NCBI GenBank assembly: GCA_051294905.1
Contig: CM119385.1
Coordinates: 22,010,001-22,074,000 of the forward strand
Reading direction: 5' to 3'
Length of the DNA: 64,000 bases
Source of the DNA: Botryllus schlosseri
Taxonomy: Eukaryota
The stretch's first letter is position 1. The number at the start of each line of letters is the position of its first letter. This document shows positions 61,283 to 64,000 of this stretch, piece by piece. Position numbers and translations under genes: made by a program. The notes beneath the pieces were generated by a model. It had not been told where the DNA came from. It saw only the letters and a program-made list of their open reading frames with translations, and searched no databases.

Positions 61283-61561
61283 GGTTTCCGCTCCTTACCA
61301 AGAACAGGTAACTCTCTCCCTCCGGGACTCACACAACCGTCTCCAAGTTCAGTTGCGCGTTGAAGCGCCAATCTTCGCGTCGAGGCTCGGAAATATTAAC
61401 CTGATTCCCGTTAAGCCTCAACGGGGGCGAAGGCGAGCAAGCAATCGAAAACTGCGTTCGCATGGTTGGTATAGGGTCGACTGACCCATGTTTAACTGCT
61501 GATTCATATCGACCCATTCTCCAATTCTACCTTCACAGCCCTCATTTGAATATTTGCTACT
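61283..61561 (-). pseudogene. Decayed ~280-bp fragment of 28S (LSU) rRNA
   Basis: Minus strand has AGTAGCAAATATTCAAATGAG…GGAGAA…CAGCAGTTAAACATGGGTCAGTCGACCCTA…GGGAATCAGGTTAATATTTCCGAGCC…GGAGAGTTACCTGTTCTTGGTAAGGAGC…CCCTG, colinear with conserved eukaryotic LSU core around D7a. Many substitutions at normally invariant sites, and no flanking rDNA. Confidence 0.8.
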
Positions 61562-62817
61562 GCGACAGCATTGGTGACTACTGAATTAGACTAATTAGGG
61601 TAAAATGCCGGTAAACTAAGTCTAATCTAGTTCGTGAATTGTTTAGATGCTCCCATTATGATTCTGATCGATGATGATATGATTCCTGAAAACGCTACAG
61701 AAGTTTATGGTGCGGAACGAGCCACGCTCGTCGTGTACGGACATTTCCCATTCTCACGATTACGAGTAGAATTCCGATATGATATGAACTTGATTTTTGT
61801 GATATTTCTTTTTTAATTCGGGATGTATTCAATTGCCAAGTTTTTGCGTGTTCAGAATTTCTTCGAATGCGTAAATCGATTCTGCATCGCTGCTGAGATT
61901 CTGCCTCAATGCACTACTTTCGCAGTCGACAGTCGTTCAATATTATTTTATTGATAAACCAAATTTTCGATCAATATTGCAAATTGCCCGATACTTGCAC
62001 TCAATATCGAATTGCATGAAACTCTTATTCAGCATACAAAACAGTCTAACTCTCAGTTAGTCAACGTTAATGAAGAAAGAAATCGCTACCCGAACTAGGA
62101 ACTATACTATGCCTATACAAATGAAAGAAATAGACGCCAATCCGACTACAAAAAAACAGCAGCACCACGACATTATATTCCAGGACCTATGCGAATATAA
62201 TAATCGATCGCGTTCCAAGGTAAAGAGATCGGATTAAAACAGGTGGTCTATATCGCAATGTAGCAATCATGCTCCATCATGTGTTCGATGGGAGTGATGC
62301 GTACGGAGGTTTGACTACGGATGCTGTTGAAATAGTACTATTCGCACAGTTAACGCTAATATAGTGAACGAATACGTTGAAGGTTAGGTCTGCAGACATG
62401 TAAACGAAGAAATATTTCCTACTGAACATTGATCTATATCCAATACTAGTATATGCGTTGTCAAGAGCGCTGAATAGTCAGAGTCACGGCACCAGCATGA
62501 TACAAATAGACGTTAATGAATGTCTAAGCGCACACTTTCTGCTTGGCGAAAGAACATAATTAGTATAGGCCTGGCCTCGTTTATATAGGTAGTGAATACG
62601 GTATAGTTGAGCTACCGTATACCGAAGCGCAAGTGCCTTCATATTCATACAGTAATCGGTATCTTTTACGCGACCACAAATAATATAATGTTAGCTCTGC
62701 ATTACGATGGTACTCGTATCACTGGAATTAATACCCGATTCAGATTCGTGTACCCGAATCATCGCGCCGAGCCCTAGCCGTAATAAGTGCATGTCGTACA
62801 AGAAAAATGGTAACATT

Positions 62818-62991
62818 TCAACTCTGTTTGCAGCACGTTTTGTCCGAAATAACTGGGCTTTGACTCAAACTCTTCACCGAGGTGGTGTCCGCATCGTCGT
62901 CCAAGCGGATATGACGTGCTAGCATCGTAATAGCATCACTGACGTTAGAGCCATCACGAGCGCTTGTCTCCACGAAAAGCACCCCGTAGTT
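62818..62991 (-). CDS. RASEF: Terminal exon of a RASEF(Rab45)-like large Rab GTPase; rest of gene lies beyond the window
   Basis: ttctttcag acceptor, phase 0; NYGVLFVETSARDGSNVSDAITMLARHI…KTCCKQS* contains the G5 ETSA motif and a CCxxx prenylation end; closest recalled match is RASEF [27 protein letters not shown]…NCCNG. Confidence 0.75.
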   Translation of the reverse strand, partial: NYGVLFVETSARDGSNVSDAITMLARHIRLDDDADTTSVKSLSQSPVISDKTCCKQS

Positions 62992-64000
62992 CTGAAAGAA
63001 AATGAAAGTATGGTTACGGATGGGCAAATTCGAGGACACGGGTGATTCGTTCCTGGATAGAATGTTAAGCTGCGAGTCAAATCAAGTATGTTCGCGCACC
63101 ACTCATTTCAGTCTGTACGTTGTTGAATGTTCAAATATGTAACGTTTACGCGACCACAAAAAATATAATGTGGATCTCCCACAAAATTACTCGTACAGTT
63201 AAAGATCGGTATTATGTCGAACGATCGGATAGCTCCGATACAATTACCAAATAAGGACCTATTTCACTCTCCGATTTATCGACACGATGTGGATTTCCCA
63301 CTTTCAGGGCGATTTTTGAGGGCGCTCCTATACCGCGATCGGATTGTAATTTATATTTTCGGATTCAGCGCGGCAGTATAGCTTTCGTTTATTGCCAGTT
63401 ACAATCGATTTTGCGCATGGGTCGACAGTTATAACCAGGGCTTTGGAGCAGCCGTAAATTTGCATTGCTCCAGCTCCTGAGCTTTCTTCCAGCATACACT
63501 AGCTCCGGCTCCAGCTCCGGAGCCCCATTATTGCCACTGCTCCGGCTCTGAAAACTATCGAAGGTGTCGGTCTATATCAAGGGTGGGCAACCCGCGAGAA
63601 GGTTTTAAGTAGCCCGCGAGCTAATTTCCCATTATATAATCGAAATCCTGTTATATTATAGAAATTGAATTGCTCAGATTGTGAACTTTGCAAGGCCAAC
63701 CAAAAATATGATTAGTCTGGCCGCGACACTTGGGATATTGATGACTAAAATATGAGTTCCGACGCATTGGCAGATCCAGGGTCCAGTCACATTTTTAGTA
63801 AATCGTCGTACATTACAATAAACTAAAAGAGTAGTAACATTTTTCTTCGCGGTTTGCGTGTTTAATTGTCACTCGATTTCTTGCTTTGTAGCCTACCCCC
63901 TCCTGAAAATGAGAAACGCCTGATTTAGCCGATTGAGTCTAACTTCGCAATTACGTGAGAAAGTATTTTCGTGTTTGCGGTTGCGCTCGCAGAAAGATCG

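Overview
This is AT-rich eukaryotic (metazoan, invertebrate-like, possibly ascidian; inferred only from composition and intron style) genomic DNA with spliced genes and a heavy load of non-autonomous DNA transposons. (1) + strand ~7.1-30 kb: the C-terminal half of a CARMIL/LRRC16-family capping-protein regulator. I rebuilt 14 phase-compatible exons (9639-30029, 523 codons, no stops) carrying CPI, CSI, LAEMK and Pro-rich motifs. A 268-codon S/R-rich exon (7122-7928) precedes them and may be an alternative N-terminus. No PH/LRR exons are evident, and the last exon is unresolved. (2) - strand: a complete two-exon MANSC-domain mucin-like type I membrane protein gene (60262-56435, 445 aa). (3) - strand: the last exon of a RASEF-like large Rab (62991-62818). 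(4) An orphan - strand transmembrane/cytoplasmic-tail exon (37416-37214), with speculative related exon remnants inside a tandem triplication at 41.2-49.0 kb. Non-coding highlights: many hAT-type MITEs with verifiable 8-bp TSDs falling into two TSD classes, a three-level nested MITE stack (51.5-54.6 kb), filled/empty insertion sites that order events in the triplication, a tRNA-headed SINE split by a MITE, tandem arrays growing out of dispersed repeats, and a decayed ~280-bp 28S rRNA fragment. Comparisons with known proteins and RNAs are from memory, not database searches. I cannot confirm a wholly new biological system. The best leads are the CARMIL alternative N-terminal exon and the orphan receptor-like exons.
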